Below are positions 8,953-21,542 of a stretch of DNA of 64,000 nucleotides, piece by piece; the first letter of the stretch is position 1, and each line of letters starts with the position of its first letter. Position numbers and translations under genes: made by a program. The notes beneath the pieces are model-generated. The model was not told where the DNA came from, did not search any database, and saw only the letters and a list, made by a program, of their open reading frames with translations. Origin of the DNA: Candidatus Binataceae bacterium (lineage in GTDB: Bacteria > Desulfobacterota > Binatia > Binatales > Binataceae); contig DASPOF010000089.1 in the NCBI GenBank assembly GCA_035626155.1, positions 10,828-74,827 of the forward strand. Reading direction: 5' to 3'.

Positions 8953-10524
8953 CTACCTCGTCATGAACTCCGGGCTTCCAAGGATCAGGGCGGCGCGAAG
9001 CTTCGGGTCGGCCGCCGCGATTGCCTCGGAAGTCGATGCGGTGAAATCGGCGCCGAGCGCGGCGGCAAGCCGGCCGGGTTCGAGCGGCGGCATCTTCTGC
9101 GCCGGGCGCTCAGGATGATCGCCCGCGGCCAGCTCGGGGCCGTGCTCGTCGGGCGGCCGCTCAAGCGGCAGATTCCCGGTGCCGAGCCCGGTTGCGAAGC
9201 TGAGCCGCCTCATCATCGCATCGGGATTCAGCCACGCATCGCGCACCGACGCATATCCGTTCGGCGTCTGGCATCCATATGGCGGCATCCCGAGCATCGC
9301 CATCGTTCCGGCCAGCGGACGGTAATTGCGCACTGCCACGCCGCTTAGCCGCACCGATGAAATCACGTACTCGTATGGCGTCTTGAACTTTGCGCCGAAG
9401 CAGGCGCGGTCCCAGAACTCGGGCGCGCTGAACATCGTCTCGAGCACCGCCCGGATGTCGCCATCGGAGGAGAGGTAGCGTTGCGCCATCCGCTCCACGA
9501 GCCGCCGGGGCGGATCGTCGGCGACGAAGTATTGCGCGAGCTGGTAGCTCAGATGATTCGCGGTGGACGGATGGCGCGCGAGAATGTCCAGCGCCTGCTC
9601 GCCCTCCTGCGCTCCTCCTGCGCCGATCCGATGGCCGAGCAAAGTCTTGTCGGAAGAATCGTGGCGGTCGGGGTCGAAATAAAATCCGCTCGCGGGAATC
9701 GCCGGCATCCCGGTTCCCCATCGGCGGTACCGGCCCGCGAAACGACCCATCCCCTGCCCGGAAAACTTGCGGCGCGCTTCCTCATCGCCCTTCGGGATTC
9801 CCCATCCGGTCAGGATGCGCGCGAGCGCGATCACATCCTGCTGCGAGTATCCGCCGTTTACGCCCAGCGTGTGCAGCTCCATCAACTCGCGCGCGTAGTT
9901 CTCGTTTATGCCCTCGAACTTGCCCTTCGCGCCGGGGCTCCCGGGCGCGGTGTTCTGCCAGTTGTCGAGGTAGAAGAGCATCGCGGGATGCCGGGCGGTC
10001 GCGGCGAGCAGGGTGCGGAACTTGCCCATCGTGTTCGGTCGAATCGCGTCCTGCTCGAATGAGCCAGTCCAGATATGATCGAGACCCTTGCCGGCGAAGA
10101 CGTTGAAGTGATTGAACCAGAAATGGGTCATCACCTCCTGGAGCTGGCGCGGGCCTTCGATCGCACGCAGCAGGCGCGCCTCGACCGCCTCCTCGAGCAC
10201 GATCCGCTGCGCCTTGAGCGCGTCCTTGATGGCGCCCTTGTCATCGCCGTTGTCGCGCTTAATCTCGTGCCGGGCCTGCATCACGGGGCGCCAGTATTCG
10301 AGGAAGAGCGCCATCGGCGTCATGTGCAGCGTTCGATAGCCGGCGACTTTGCGGACGAGGCCTTCGGGGATCGGAATCATTTCCGGATGGAGCTGCTGGC
10401 GGATGTATTCTTCGACTCCGATGTTCCGCACGAATTCCGCATCGCCCGGGCGCGGTCCGAAGGCGAGCCGATTGAGCGCGTGCATCGCGCGATCGCGCCC
10501 GGGCATATCACCTGTTTCGCGCAC
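8953..10524 (-). CDS. DUF1800 family protein
   Basis: 523 aa. The canonical DUF1800/DUF1501 gene pair sits 12 nt apart. Confidence 0.65.
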   Translation of the reverse strand: MRETGDMPGRDRAMHALNRLAFGPRPGDAEFVRNIGVEEYIRQQLHPEMIPIPEGLVRKVAGYRTLHMTPMALFLEYWRPVMQARHEIKRDNGDDKGAIKDALKAQRIVLEEAVEARLLRAIEGPRQLQEVMTHFWFNHFNVFAGKGLDHIWTGSFEQDAIRPNTMGKFRTLLAATARHPAMLFYLDNWQNTAPGSPGAKGKFEGINENYARELMELHTLGVNGGYSQQDVIALARILTGWGIPKGDEEARRKFSGQGMGRFAGRYRRWGTGMPAIPASGFYFDPDRHDSSDKTLLGHRIGAGGAQEGEQALDILARHPSTANHLSYQLAQYFVADDPPRRLVERMAQRYLSSDGDIRAVLETMFSAPEFWDRACFGAKFKTPYEYVISSVRLSGVAVRNYRPLAGTMAMLGMPPYGCQTPNGYASVRDAWLNPDAMMRRLSFATGLGTGNLPLERPPDEHGPELAAGDHPERPAQKMPPLEPGRLAAALGADFTASTSEAIAAADPKLRAALILGSPEFMTR

Positions 10525-10617
10525 GCCAAGCCCCTGTTACTTGATATATACGACGCCCACGCGGATCGGATTCGCGGAAATCCGCAAATCGGCGCGACCG
10601 CCCGGCGGCGGTCCTGC

Positions 10618-11064
10618 TCAGCGCGTCGCGCGGCCCCAGGCTTCGATCAGGCTCTCGAAAGCGCGGCGCAGTTCCGGGTCCTTGAGCGCGGGCAATTCGA
10701 TGGCGTGGCGCGCCGCGCGCGGCACCGGACGCAGCGGAGAGCGCTCGCGGCGCGAGAGGCTTCCGCGCACGAATCGGATGTCGCGCACGCTGTCGTCGCC
10801 GAGCCGTTCGCGCACTCGGGTGAGGATCTGCGACTTGATCAGCCCGAGCTCCTGGATCCACATCGCCGTCGAGACTTTAATCACAGCTGTGTGGAACTTG
10901 ATGGAATCGACCTGAGTACGCCGCGCGATATTCGCGCCGACGATATCGGGCCATTCGCGGATGAGGCGCACGATCGCGAAGTGACCCTCGGCATCGAGGC
11001 GATCGATGATCGGGCGCAGGAGCGCGCCGACTTTCTGGGGAGCATCTTTTCGCGTCGATGGCAT
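10618..11064 (-). CDS. DUF721 / DciA-like protein
   Basis: 148 aa with the pattern LRPIIDRL...WPDIVGANIARRTQ...VIKVSTAMWIQELGLIKSQIL, typical of the DUF721 (DciA) family. Confidence 0.45.
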   Translation of the reverse strand: MPSTRKDAPQKVGALLRPIIDRLDAEGHFAIVRLIREWPDIVGANIARRTQVDSIKFHTAVIKVSTAMWIQELGLIKSQILTRVRERLGDDSVRDIRFVRGSLSRRERSPLRPVPRAARHAIELPALKDPELRRAFESLIEAWGRATR

Positions 11065-11376
11065 CGGGGTTTGACGATAACGCCCCCCGCTGGCATTTCA
11101 AGACCCGGCGCGAATCGGCGGGCTCAAGCGAGGGTTTAATGGTGTTTTATTCCGGTCAATTTGAATTAGCCATCCTCATTTGACTTAGGACTTCTCATTG
11201 GGAAGTATATGAAAGCGAAGAAACGTCGAACGGTTATCAACAGCCCGATGTATAGATTATGAACAGGCCTGTAAACACTACATCTAGCGGTAAAGGACTT
11301 GACATCGACACAATGCCGGGAGCATATTTTCCCGCGCGCACGATGATTTTATGAGGCGGAAACGTCATTGAGCCGA

Positions 11377-11415
11377 CGGACTTAACGCCCCCTCCCGGAG
11401 GGGGCGCTAAGTCCG
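11377..11415 (+). promoter_or_regulatory. near-perfect 19-nt-arm palindrome (strong hairpin) in the nrdJ 5' leader
   Basis: CGGACTTAACGCCCCCTCC-c-GGAGGGGGCGCTAAGTCCG with one mismatch, about 50 nt upstream of the nrdJ start. No U-tract follows. Confidence 0.6.
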
Positions 11416-11463
11416 TGGCCGCGGCAGGTGTAACAGAAGCGAAATCTGGTGGAGGGGCGGCGG

Positions 11464-14310
<2,847 letters not shown>

Positions 14311-14314
14311 GGCG

Positions 14315-14587
14315 GTGGAGGTGGACGCGATGAAGCCGGATGAAAGACTGGTGCTCAAGTCGTCGCGCGCATTCGCAGTGCTCGCGATGCGCCATCCCAG
14401 GGCGTCGCTGCATGTGGCGGCGATCGTGCAGGGCGCAGAGAGCGGGCCGAGCTACGCGTGGGTCCAGTGCCTGGATTGCGCGGCGGATTTCGATTTCGAG
14501 AAAGACGGCGAATGGCGGCTTGCGGGAGCGCCCGCGAGCGAGCTTGGGCGGGAATTGCGCGCGGGAAATCCCGCGAACACGAATTGA
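14315..14587 (+). CDS. small hypothetical protein immediately downstream of nrdJ
   Basis: 90-aa ORF starting 4 nt after the nrdJ stop, with G/C-rich third codon positions consistent with coding. No recognisable family. Confidence 0.3.
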   Translation: MEVDAMKPDERLVLKSSRAFAVLAMRHPRASLHVAAIVQGAESGPSYAWVQCLDCAADFDFEKDGEWRLAGAPASELGRELRAGNPANTN

Positions 14588-14880
14588 TTGTAGCGGCTGT
14601 TTGAAGGCCCCGGAGGAAGCGCGGAGGGGACGCCAGGGAAGTTTTACGATGAGGAGTGGACGCGGAGGGGTGCGCGGCGCAGAGAAGTTTCGTCACTCCT
14701 TGGCGCGGTGCTGAGGATGATTCCTCCGGGGCCTGCCTGAAACAAGGCGGGGCGCACGCTCCGCTTGCGAGTGTGGCGGTGGGGTGGCGGATGTGGTGAC
14801 GGCGAGGGGCGGCGGCAACGCCGCCCCTCCAGTTTCCTGGAAGGGCGGGAGACAGCCGGGTGATCGCCGGCGCGCGGCGC

Positions 14881-15276
14881 CTAACTCTGTCTGAGCGTGG
14901 CCTCGAACGCGCCGCTGGTATCTTTCCTGAGGCCAAGGGCGATCAGCAGCCGCGCCAGCAGGATCATCGGGAACGCGTACCAGTACTTGCGGCCGACGAG
15001 GGCGAAGACATGATCGCGCTGGCGGTCGTCGGTGATCATCTGCGCATCCGCCTCGAATTTCTCTTCCCCGATCGCGAGCTGAACCCGCGGCGTCTTGCGC
15101 ACATTGCGGACCCAACTGCGATTCACGTCAGCCGTGGGCAGAAACAGCCGGTCGCCATCGACCATGAACCAGATTGTCACCTGGTACGGCTTGCCCGACG
15201 TGCGCCCGATGTGGGTGAGCGTGAGCGTCGAATTGGCGGCGACGCGTCGTAATCGATCGGCAGGGCTCGCATCCAT
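14881..15276 (-). CDS. DUF385-like (putative F420H2-dependent reductase / PNPOx-like) protein
   Basis: THIGRTSGKPYQVTIWFMVDGDRLFL motif, typical of DUF385 deazaflavin-dependent reductases. Start could be the upstream codon at 15330. Confidence 0.5.
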   Translation of the reverse strand: MDASPADRLRRVAANSTLTLTHIGRTSGKPYQVTIWFMVDGDRLFLPTADVNRSWVRNVRKTPRVQLAIGEEKFEADAQMITDDRQRDHVFALVGRKYWYAFPMILLARLLIALGLRKDTSGAFEATLRQS

Positions 15277-15373
15277 GGCCGTCTCCCGTGGCGCGCTTGA
15301 CGGCCGCGCGCCGCTTGGTTGCCCGCGCACTCGCGCGCATGGCAGGCGGTCGCGCGCGGGAGACGGGGCGGGT

Positions 15374-16636
15374 CTAGTCCGTGATCGTTTGCATCACGCG
15401 GCCACTTGCGCTGTCGACGATATCCATTTCGACAGTGCCTGCAACCTTGTGATCCTTTTTGGCTGACTCAATTCCCGCCTTGATGTCGGTCACGAACTTC
15501 TGCTTGGCGAACGGCGGCATCTGGTCGATCGGGAAGTTGTCCATCATGACCTTGGCCTGGAGGTCCTTGGGCCACTGGACCGAGCCGACCTTGGGACCCA
15601 TGTTGGGCAGCCCGCGGACCATCTGCTCGATTTCGCCGTGGAAGGTGCCGGGTGCGGACTCGGCAACAGGGGCCTGAGCGGCTGCCGATGGCGCGGATGA
15701 GGGCGCACCGCCGCCCGGCGGAGGCGTCAGGCTGCCGCTGTTGATTCTTGCGGTCAGTTCCTTCACCTGGTTGCGCGTATTGTCGTCGGGCGCAAGCGGC
15801 AACGCCTTCTCCAGCGCCGCGAGCGCATCGCTCGGTTTGTTGCTCTGCACATAGGCGACGGCCATGTTGAAGTAGCCCTGGTAGAAGTCGGGCTTGGTCT
15901 TGATCGCCTTTTTGTACTGAACGATCGCCTGGTCGGCATTGCCGGTGTAGAGGTACATCGTGCCGAGATCGGTCCGCACCTCGGGATCGTCGGGCTTCTT
16001 CTTCAGAAAATGCTCGTAGGCTGCGATCGCTTCATCGTACTTGTTGCGATCGTAATCGATGTCGCCGATTCCGCGCAGCGCATCGAGGTTGTCCGGGTCG
16101 ATTTTGAGGACGTGTCCGTACGCATCGGCGGCCATCCCGTAATACGACTCATCGAACATCGCGGCGCGCAGCGCGACTGTCCCGAGCTTGTTCCACGCGG
16201 CGGTATCGTTGGGCTTCGACTCTGCCTCCTTCTTGGCTTTGTCGATGAAAGTGCGCGCCTCGGTGGGAAGTTCGATTTTCGGGTGGCCGGGCGGGAGTTG
16301 GCCGGGGGCGCCGCCGCCCATTCGGCCTGCCTCCGGGCCGGCGTTTGGAGCGCCCCCGCCGGGGACGCTCGCAAGCTGCTCGCGGACATTCTCGGGCGTC
16401 CGGAGCATGATCCATCCGGCGGCGAGCAGGCCGACGACTGTGATCGCGAGGAACACGCCGACGAACGCCGTCGTGATCGGCAGATTGCGCAGCGGCTTGG
16501 TTTCACCGGTCATTGCCGATGCCCGGTCCGGGCCGCCACTCGTGCCGGAAGCCGCTCCGCTGAGCGGCCGGCCGCATTCGACGCAAAATCGGGCGCCCGC
16601 CATCAATGCCGCGCCACACTGGGGACAAAATCGCAT
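15374..16636 (-). CDS. zinc-ribbon / single-TM / TPR-repeat protein
   Basis: MRFCPQCGAALMAGARFCVECG zinc ribbon, a TM helix (ITTAFVGVFLAITVVGLLAAGWIML), then several TPR units. Confidence 0.7.
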   Translation of the reverse strand: MRFCPQCGAALMAGARFCVECGRPLSGAASGTSGGPDRASAMTGETKPLRNLPITTAFVGVFLAITVVGLLAAGWIMLRTPENVREQLASVPGGGAPNAGPEAGRMGGGAPGQLPPGHPKIELPTEARTFIDKAKKEAESKPNDTAAWNKLGTVALRAAMFDESYYGMAADAYGHVLKIDPDNLDALRGIGDIDYDRNKYDEAIAAYEHFLKKKPDDPEVRTDLGTMYLYTGNADQAIVQYKKAIKTKPDFYQGYFNMAVAYVQSNKPSDALAALEKALPLAPDDNTRNQVKELTARINSGSLTPPPGGGAPSSAPSAAAQAPVAESAPGTFHGEIEQMVRGLPNMGPKVGSVQWPKDLQAKVMMDNFPIDQMPPFAKQKFVTDIKAGIESAKKDHKVAGTVEMDIVDSASGRVMQTITD

Positions 16637-16767
16637 GAGCAAACTTCTACCGGCGGATTGCCGCGCGTGCAACTGGGGGACCGGCCGCGTCTTCGCTGTT
16701 CCGTGTGCCGGGCGCGCTGGAGTATATTCGCCCGGAACATCGAAGCCCGCACCGAAGGAGAGAGACG

Positions 16768-17418
16768 ATGCTACTATACGACTCGCTGGGACCAAATCCG
16801 CGCGCGATGAGGATGTATCTGGCCGAAAAGGGAATCACGCTTCCCACCAAGGCCATCGACCTCAGGGGCGGGGAGAACCGCCGCCCGCCCTACACCGACC
16901 GCAATCCCGGAGGCCAACTTCCCGCGCTCGAACTCGACAACGGCCAGTGCATCGGCGAGACCGTTGCGATCTGGGAGTACCTCGAGGAGAAGCATCCCAG
17001 CCCGCCGCTGATCGGCGCCACCGCCGAGGAGCGCGCCGAAGCGCGCCAATGGCAGCGGCGCATCGAACTCACCATCACCGAGCATCTTTATAACGGCTTC
17101 CGCTACGCCGAGGGAGCGCCGCTATTCAAGGATCGCATGCGAATCCTTCCCGAGGCCGCACCGGGCCTGAAGCAAATCGTGCAGGACCGGCTCAAGTGGC
17201 TCGATGGCCAACTGGAAGGAAAGGACTGGATCGCGGGCAAACGCTTCACGATCGCAGATATCATCCTGTATAGCGCGCTCGATTTCGGCAGCGGCGTCGG
17301 ACAGAAGATCGACCCGTCGCTGAAGAACGTCAACGCGTGGTTCAAACGGGTTGAGTCGCGGCCGAGCGCCAAGGCGAGCCTCCATCCGGCGGCCGCGCAA
17401 ACCGGGGTGAGAGGATAG
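16768..17418 (+). CDS. glutathione S-transferase
   Basis: MLLYDSLGPNPRAMRMYLAEKGI... with GST N- and C-terminal domains. Confidence 0.8.
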   Translation: MLLYDSLGPNPRAMRMYLAEKGITLPTKAIDLRGGENRRPPYTDRNPGGQLPALELDNGQCIGETVAIWEYLEEKHPSPPLIGATAEERAEARQWQRRIELTITEHLYNGFRYAEGAPLFKDRMRILPEAAPGLKQIVQDRLKWLDGQLEGKDWIAGKRFTIADIILYSALDFGSGVGQKIDPSLKNVNAWFKRVESRPSAKASLHPAAAQTGVRG

Positions 17419-17530
17419 CGACGCCACCGGGGCCGGATACACATCGCGATGAGGCTCGCTCGCAGGAGGGGGCACTAGCGTGCGGTCCGGACTCGCGGTT
17501 GAATGTGGGGCAGGGTCGGAGGAGATCCTG

Positions 17531-17695
17531 ATGGCTAACGAGGGCGCAAAACGGCATTCACCCAGGGACCTTGACGGACGCGTTTTAGAGTTGGAGCGGA
17601 AGATCGACGAGATGAGCGAGCGTCTCGCAAAGCTCGACGAGCGAGTTCAGCGGATCGCGAACTCGCTTGCCGCGTCGCAGGCCACGCGCTTCTGA
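17531..17695 (+). CDS. small coiled-coil hypothetical protein
   Basis: MANEGAKRHSPRDLDGRVLELERKIDEMSERLAKLDERVQRIANSL with a heptad pattern. Weak support. Confidence 0.3.
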   Translation: MANEGAKRHSPRDLDGRVLELERKIDEMSERLAKLDERVQRIANSLAASQATRF

Positions 17696-17702
17696 CGGCG
17701 CA

Positions 17703-18254
17703 CTACGCCTGCGCGCCCTCGAACGAATCCCCGAAAATCAACGCGTACACGCGGCGGTCATCGGTCAGCTCGGGATGAAACGTCGCGGCGATTACCCGTC
17801 CCTGCCGTACGAGAACCGGCTCACCATTCCATCGCGCCAGTATCTCGACCCCCGGTCCGATGCGCCGGATTCGCGGCGCGCGGATAAACACACCGGTGTA
17901 AGGCGGGTCGAGCGTCGCCTCGAATGAATCGACCTGCCGCCCGAAGGCGTTGCGCTCGATATCGATATCGATGAGCCCCCACGAGGGCTGGCTTGGGCGC
18001 GATACGTTCTTCGCAAGAATGATCGCGCCCGCGCAGGTGCCGAAGATCGTGCCGCCGCGCTTAAGCAGCCGGCGCGCGGCGTCCTCGATGCCGGTTCCTT
18101 CCAGCAGGTGCAGGAGGGTAGTCGATTCGCCGCCCGGGATTACCAGCACCTCGAGCGCATCGATTTCGCTCGCGTGGCGCACCTCGATTGCGCCCGGAAT
18201 CGCGCGGACGTGGGCCGCAAAGTCGCCCTGCAGCGCGAGCACGCCGACCTTCAT
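17703..18254 (-). CDS. pdxT: pyridoxal 5'-phosphate synthase glutaminase subunit
   Basis: [12 protein letters not shown]...GTCAG...HPE, a class I glutamine amidotransferase. Overlaps the pdxS stop (ATGGTAATGA). Confidence 0.9.
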   Translation of the reverse strand: MKVGVLALQGDFAAHVRAIPGAIEVRHASEIDALEVLVIPGGESTTLLHLLEGTGIEDAARRLLKRGGTIFGTCAGAIILAKNVSRPSQPSWGLIDIDIERNAFGRQVDSFEATLDPPYTGVFIRAPRIRRIGPGVEILARWNGEPVLVRQGRVIAATFHPELTDDRRVYALIFGDSFEGAQA

Positions 18255-19138
18255 TACCATCCCCTCGCTTGCAGCCTCTGTTCCTTCGGTATGGTGGAGA
18301 TTTCCAGCCCCGGCATCGCATCGCCGAGCGGTCCCGAAACCTCGGCCAGCACCCTGGGGTCGCGGTAATGCGTCACGGCGAGCACGATCGCGCGGGCGCG
18401 GTCGGCGGGATCCGCAGACTTGAAGATTCCCGAGCCGACGAAGACGCTCTCCGCGCCGAGTTGCATCATCAGCGCCGCATCCGCCGGCGTCGCGATTCCG
18501 CCCGCGGCAAAGTTTGGTACCGGGAGCTTGCCGTCCGCCGCGACCATCCGCACCAGCTCATAGGGAGCGCCGAGTTCCTTCGCTGCGGCCATCAGTTCAT
18601 CTTCGGGCGCGGTCTGAAGCCTGCGAATCTGCGAGTTGACCGCGCGTACGTGACGGACCGCCTCGACGATATTGCCCGAGCCCGCCTCGCCCTTGGTGCG
18701 AATCAGGGCCGCTCCCTCGCCGATGCGCCGCAGCGCCTCGCCGAGATCGCGCGCGCCGCACACGAAGGGGACCTTGAACGCGTGCTTGTCGACGTGAAAC
18801 GACTCGTCGGCGGGCGTGAGCACTTCGCTTTCGTCGATGAAATCGACGCCGAGTTCCTCGAGGATCTGCGCTTCGACGAAATGGCCGATGCGCACCTTGG
18901 CCATGACCGGGATCGAAACCGCATCCTGGATTTCGCGAATTTTGCTGACCGGGGCCATCCGCGCCACCCCGCCCTGCGCGCGTATGTCGGCCGGGACGCG
19001 CTCGAGCGCCATGACCGCCACTGCGCCGGCCTTCTCCGCGATTTTGGCCTGCTCCGCATTGACGACGTCCATGATGACGCCGCCCTTGAGCATCTCGGCC
19101 AGTCCTGTCTTAAGCCGCATCGTTCCGGTTTCCTGCAT
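18254..19138 (-). CDS. pdxS: pyridoxal 5'-phosphate synthase lyase subunit
   Basis: [23 protein letters not shown]...[16 protein letters not shown]...[19 protein letters not shown]. Highly conserved PdxS sequence. Confidence 0.95.
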   Translation of the reverse strand: MQETGTMRLKTGLAEMLKGGVIMDVVNAEQAKIAEKAGAVAVMALERVPADIRAQGGVARMAPVSKIREIQDAVSIPVMAKVRIGHFVEAQILEELGVDFIDESEVLTPADESFHVDKHAFKVPFVCGARDLGEALRRIGEGAALIRTKGEAGSGNIVEAVRHVRAVNSQIRRLQTAPEDELMAAAKELGAPYELVRMVAADGKLPVPNFAAGGIATPADAALMMQLGAESVFVGSGIFKSADPADRARAIVLAVTHYRDPRVLAEVSGPLGDAMPGLEISTIPKEQRLQARGW

Positions 19139-19159
19139 GATCCTGTGCTCCTATTGTTC

Positions 19160-20704
19160 CTATACGAGAATTCCGGGACCGCTCGGCTCGGCGCTCTCCG
19201 CGCCGCGCGCGACCAGTCCATTAATGATCGATCCGAGACGCCGCACCCCGGTGCGGATTTCTTCCGGCGCGCAATGCCCGTAACCAAGCCGGAAGCAGTT
19301 GAGGTAGCGGCCGTCGATATCGTGCGCGGGGCCCGGCACGATCGCAACCCCTTGCTCCATCCCCTGTAAGAAAAGCTGAACCGACGATGCCCCCGCCGGC
19401 ATCATGACCCATAGCTGGAACCCGCCCTGCGGGCGCGTCCAGCGCACGCCCTCAGGCGCGAATTCTTCCAGCGCCTTGAGCGCGGCGTCGCGCCGCAGCC
19501 GATAATACGCGCGCATCCGCTCGAGATGTTTCGCGTAGCCCGACTTGAGGAACTGCGCCGCGATCGCGTGCATCAGGGACGGGCCGCTTACATCCATGTA
19601 ACGCTTGTAGGCGAGCAGTTCTCGGACCAGCGGGCGATCGGCGACCAGGTATCCTATTCGCAGCCCGGGCATGAAGGTCTTCGAAATCGATCCGATCAGG
19701 ATTCGATGGCCCGGCGCGAGCAGCGAGTAGAGACTTACCGGCTCCTCGCCCTCGAAGCGCAGCTCGCGGAAGATCTCATCGACCAGCACGCACGAGTCCG
19801 AGCGCCTCGCCCAGTCGGCGATCTCGCGCCGCGCCTCGGTCGGCACGGTCAGGCCGGTCGGATTGTGGAAGTCCGGGCACGTGTAGAAGAGCGCGCGCTG
19901 GCTCTCGGACAGGGCGCGCAACTCCGCGAGGTTCGGCGCGCCGTCCTGCCAGCCTACGCTCTGCACCCAATGGCCGAACAGCATCATCGCGCCCGGGACG
20001 CCCGTGAACGTCGGCGTTTCGCAGATCGTGGCGCGTCCCTCATCGTGCGCCCACGCAGCCGCCAGCGTCACCGCCTGCTGCGATCCGTTGGTGATGATGA
20101 TCTCATCGGGGGTCACCGCAATTCCGCGATGAGAGAGCGTGGCGCAAAGCGCCTCGCGCAGCTCCGGCAGCCCGGCCGGGCCTGCATACTCGTAGAGGCG
20201 GTGCGGGTTGGCCTTTAGCGCTTCCTCCGTGAGCCTCTCTAGTGACCCGTCGGGAATGGTTGCCGAACTCGGCACTCCGCCCGAAAGGTTGATCGTGCCC
20301 GCCGGCCGCTCCATCGCCATCAACTCGCGCAGTCCGCGCGCGTAGCCCTCGCGCAGGCGGCGCATCGACCTCGCGACGTCCGGCCTCGCATCGGCGGCCG
20401 GGCCGGGACTCGGTGTCGCTTCTCCCCTGGAGGCGACGAACGTCCCGCGTCCGACTTCGGAGCGAATCAGCCCAGCCTTCTCGAGTTGCTGGAATGCCTT
20501 GACCGCGGTGAGCTTGTTGACCCCGATCTGTCGGGCGAGGTCGGCCACGGACGGCAATCGGTCGCCGGTGGCGAGCTGGTGCGAGTCGATCGCGGCGCGG
20601 ATAGCGCCTTCGATCTGTCGGTAAAGGGGCGTTGACCCGTTGGGCTTGAGCTTCAGTTTTAAGGCCACCCTGCTCGTATATACTACAGCATATACTACAG
20701 TCAA
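19160..20704 (-). CDS. pdxR: MocR/GntR-family regulator with an aminotransferase-like domain, likely PdxR
   Basis: N-terminal GntR helix-turn-helix (TPLYRQIEGAIRAAIDSHQLATGDRLPSVADLARQIGVNKLTAVKAF) plus a fold-type I PLP domain. Sits 21 nt upstream of pdxS on the same strand. The track start at 20704 is a TTG; a GTG at about 20668 is an alternative. Confidence 0.75.
   Translation of the reverse strand: MTVVYAVVYTSRVALKLKLKPNGSTPLYRQIEGAIRAAIDSHQLATGDRLPSVADLARQIGVNKLTAVKAFQQLEKAGLIRSEVGRGTFVASRGEATPSPGPAADARPDVARSMRRLREGYARGLRELMAMERPAGTINLSGGVPSSATIPDGSLERLTEEALKANPHRLYEYAGPAGLPELREALCATLSHRGIAVTPDEIIITNGSQQAVTLAAAWAHDEGRATICETPTFTGVPGAMMLFGHWVQSVGWQDGAPNLAELRALSESQRALFYTCPDFHNPTGLTVPTEARREIADWARRSDSCVLVDEIFRELRFEGEEPVSLYSLLAPGHRILIGSISKTFMPGLRIGYLVADRPLVRELLAYKRYMDVSGPSLMHAIAAQFLKSGYAKHLERMRAYYRLRRDAALKALEEFAPEGVRWTRPQGGFQLWVMMPAGASSVQLFLQGMEQGVAIVPGPAHDIDGRYLNCFRLGYGHCAPEEIRTGVRRLGSIINGLVARGAESAEPSGPGILV
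20676..20700. repeat. tandem direct repeat TATACTACAG(ca)TATACTACAG overlapping the pdxR start region
   Basis: Seen directly: GTATATACTACAGCATATACTACAGTC. Each unit contains a TATACT -10-like hexamer. Confidence 0.5.
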
Positions 20705-20786
20705 TTGAAAATGATGGGGTTCGCCGCGGCAGGCCGGGAAATTCTCGGACGGTCGAAACGGCCGAACTCTCCGCAGGCGGGCCCTC

Positions 20787-21509
20787 CTAGCGCGAGGCGA
20801 GCACCTCGGCCAGATGATGCACCTCGATCTTGTCGCCCGCGCGATGCAGCCCGCCGCCGATCTGCATCAGGCATCCGCAGTCGGCCGAGACCACCGCATC
20901 GGCGCCGCTTTGGCGGATGCGCGCGAGCTTGTCGTCGAGGATCGCGCCCGAGATCTGCGGAAACTTGACCGCGAACAATCCGCCGAAGCCGCAGCATTCC
21001 TCGCGGCCGCCGAATTCGACCAGGCGGATTCCATTGACCGCGCTTAGAAGCGCGATCGCTTCGTCGCGCCCGTTGAGTTCGCGCATCAGGTGGCAGGACG
21101 GATGGTACGCCACGGCCCGCTCGTAGCGGGCGCCGACGTACTTGACCTTGAGCACGCCGGCCAGGAATTGCGAGAACTCGAAGACCCACGGCCGGATGGC
21201 GCTCGCTTTCTCCAGCATCGCCGGCTCATCCGCCAGCAAATCGGGATAGAAGATTTTGATCATGCTCGTGCACGATCCCGAGGGAACCACGATCGGCGTC
21301 CCCGGCGCGCATGAGAAAAGGAAGCGCCGGGCGAGCGAGCGCGCCTCGTCGCGAAGCCCATCGTTGAACGCGGCCTGTCCGCAGCAGAATGCGCGGCGAA
21401 GCGGCCGCACCTTGAGCCGCAGCCGTTCCAGCACCGTTGCGGCCCCCTCGACCGCCTCGGGAAAAAATTCCTCGGCAAGGCACGTCTGGAAGAGCTGAAC
21501 TTCAGTCAT
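20787..21509 (-). CDS. lutA: lactate utilization protein A (CCG-domain Fe-S oxidoreductase subunit)
   Basis: Two CCG cysteine-rich motifs (CCGQAAFNDG ... CCGFGGLF). Confidence 0.85.
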   Translation of the reverse strand: MTEVQLFQTCLAEEFFPEAVEGAATVLERLRLKVRPLRRAFCCGQAAFNDGLRDEARSLARRFLFSCAPGTPIVVPSGSCTSMIKIFYPDLLADEPAMLEKASAIRPWVFEFSQFLAGVLKVKYVGARYERAVAYHPSCHLMRELNGRDEAIALLSAVNGIRLVEFGGREECCGFGGLFAVKFPQISGAILDDKLARIRQSGADAVVSADCGCLMQIGGGLHRAGDKIEVHHLAEVLASR

Positions 21510-21542
21510 CTGATTGCCGCCGGCTGCCTGTCAAAGGACTGC

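Noticed and set aside
11140-11463. Cobalamin riboswitch upstream of nrdJ
   Set aside because: No B12-box (GCCACTG-type core) or other recognisable riboswitch consensus was visible. B12 riboswitches also normally sit on B12-independent RNRs, not on nrdJ.
14588-14880. Minus-strand ORF 14355..14936 (193 aa) and a GC-rich hairpin GAGGGGCGGCG-gcaa-CGCCGCCCCTC at about 14806-14833
   Set aside because: The ORF translation is Ala/Arg/Pro low-complexity and overlaps the small plus-strand ORF. The hairpin lacks a U-tract and may be a weak terminator for the DUF385 gene, too uncertain to list.
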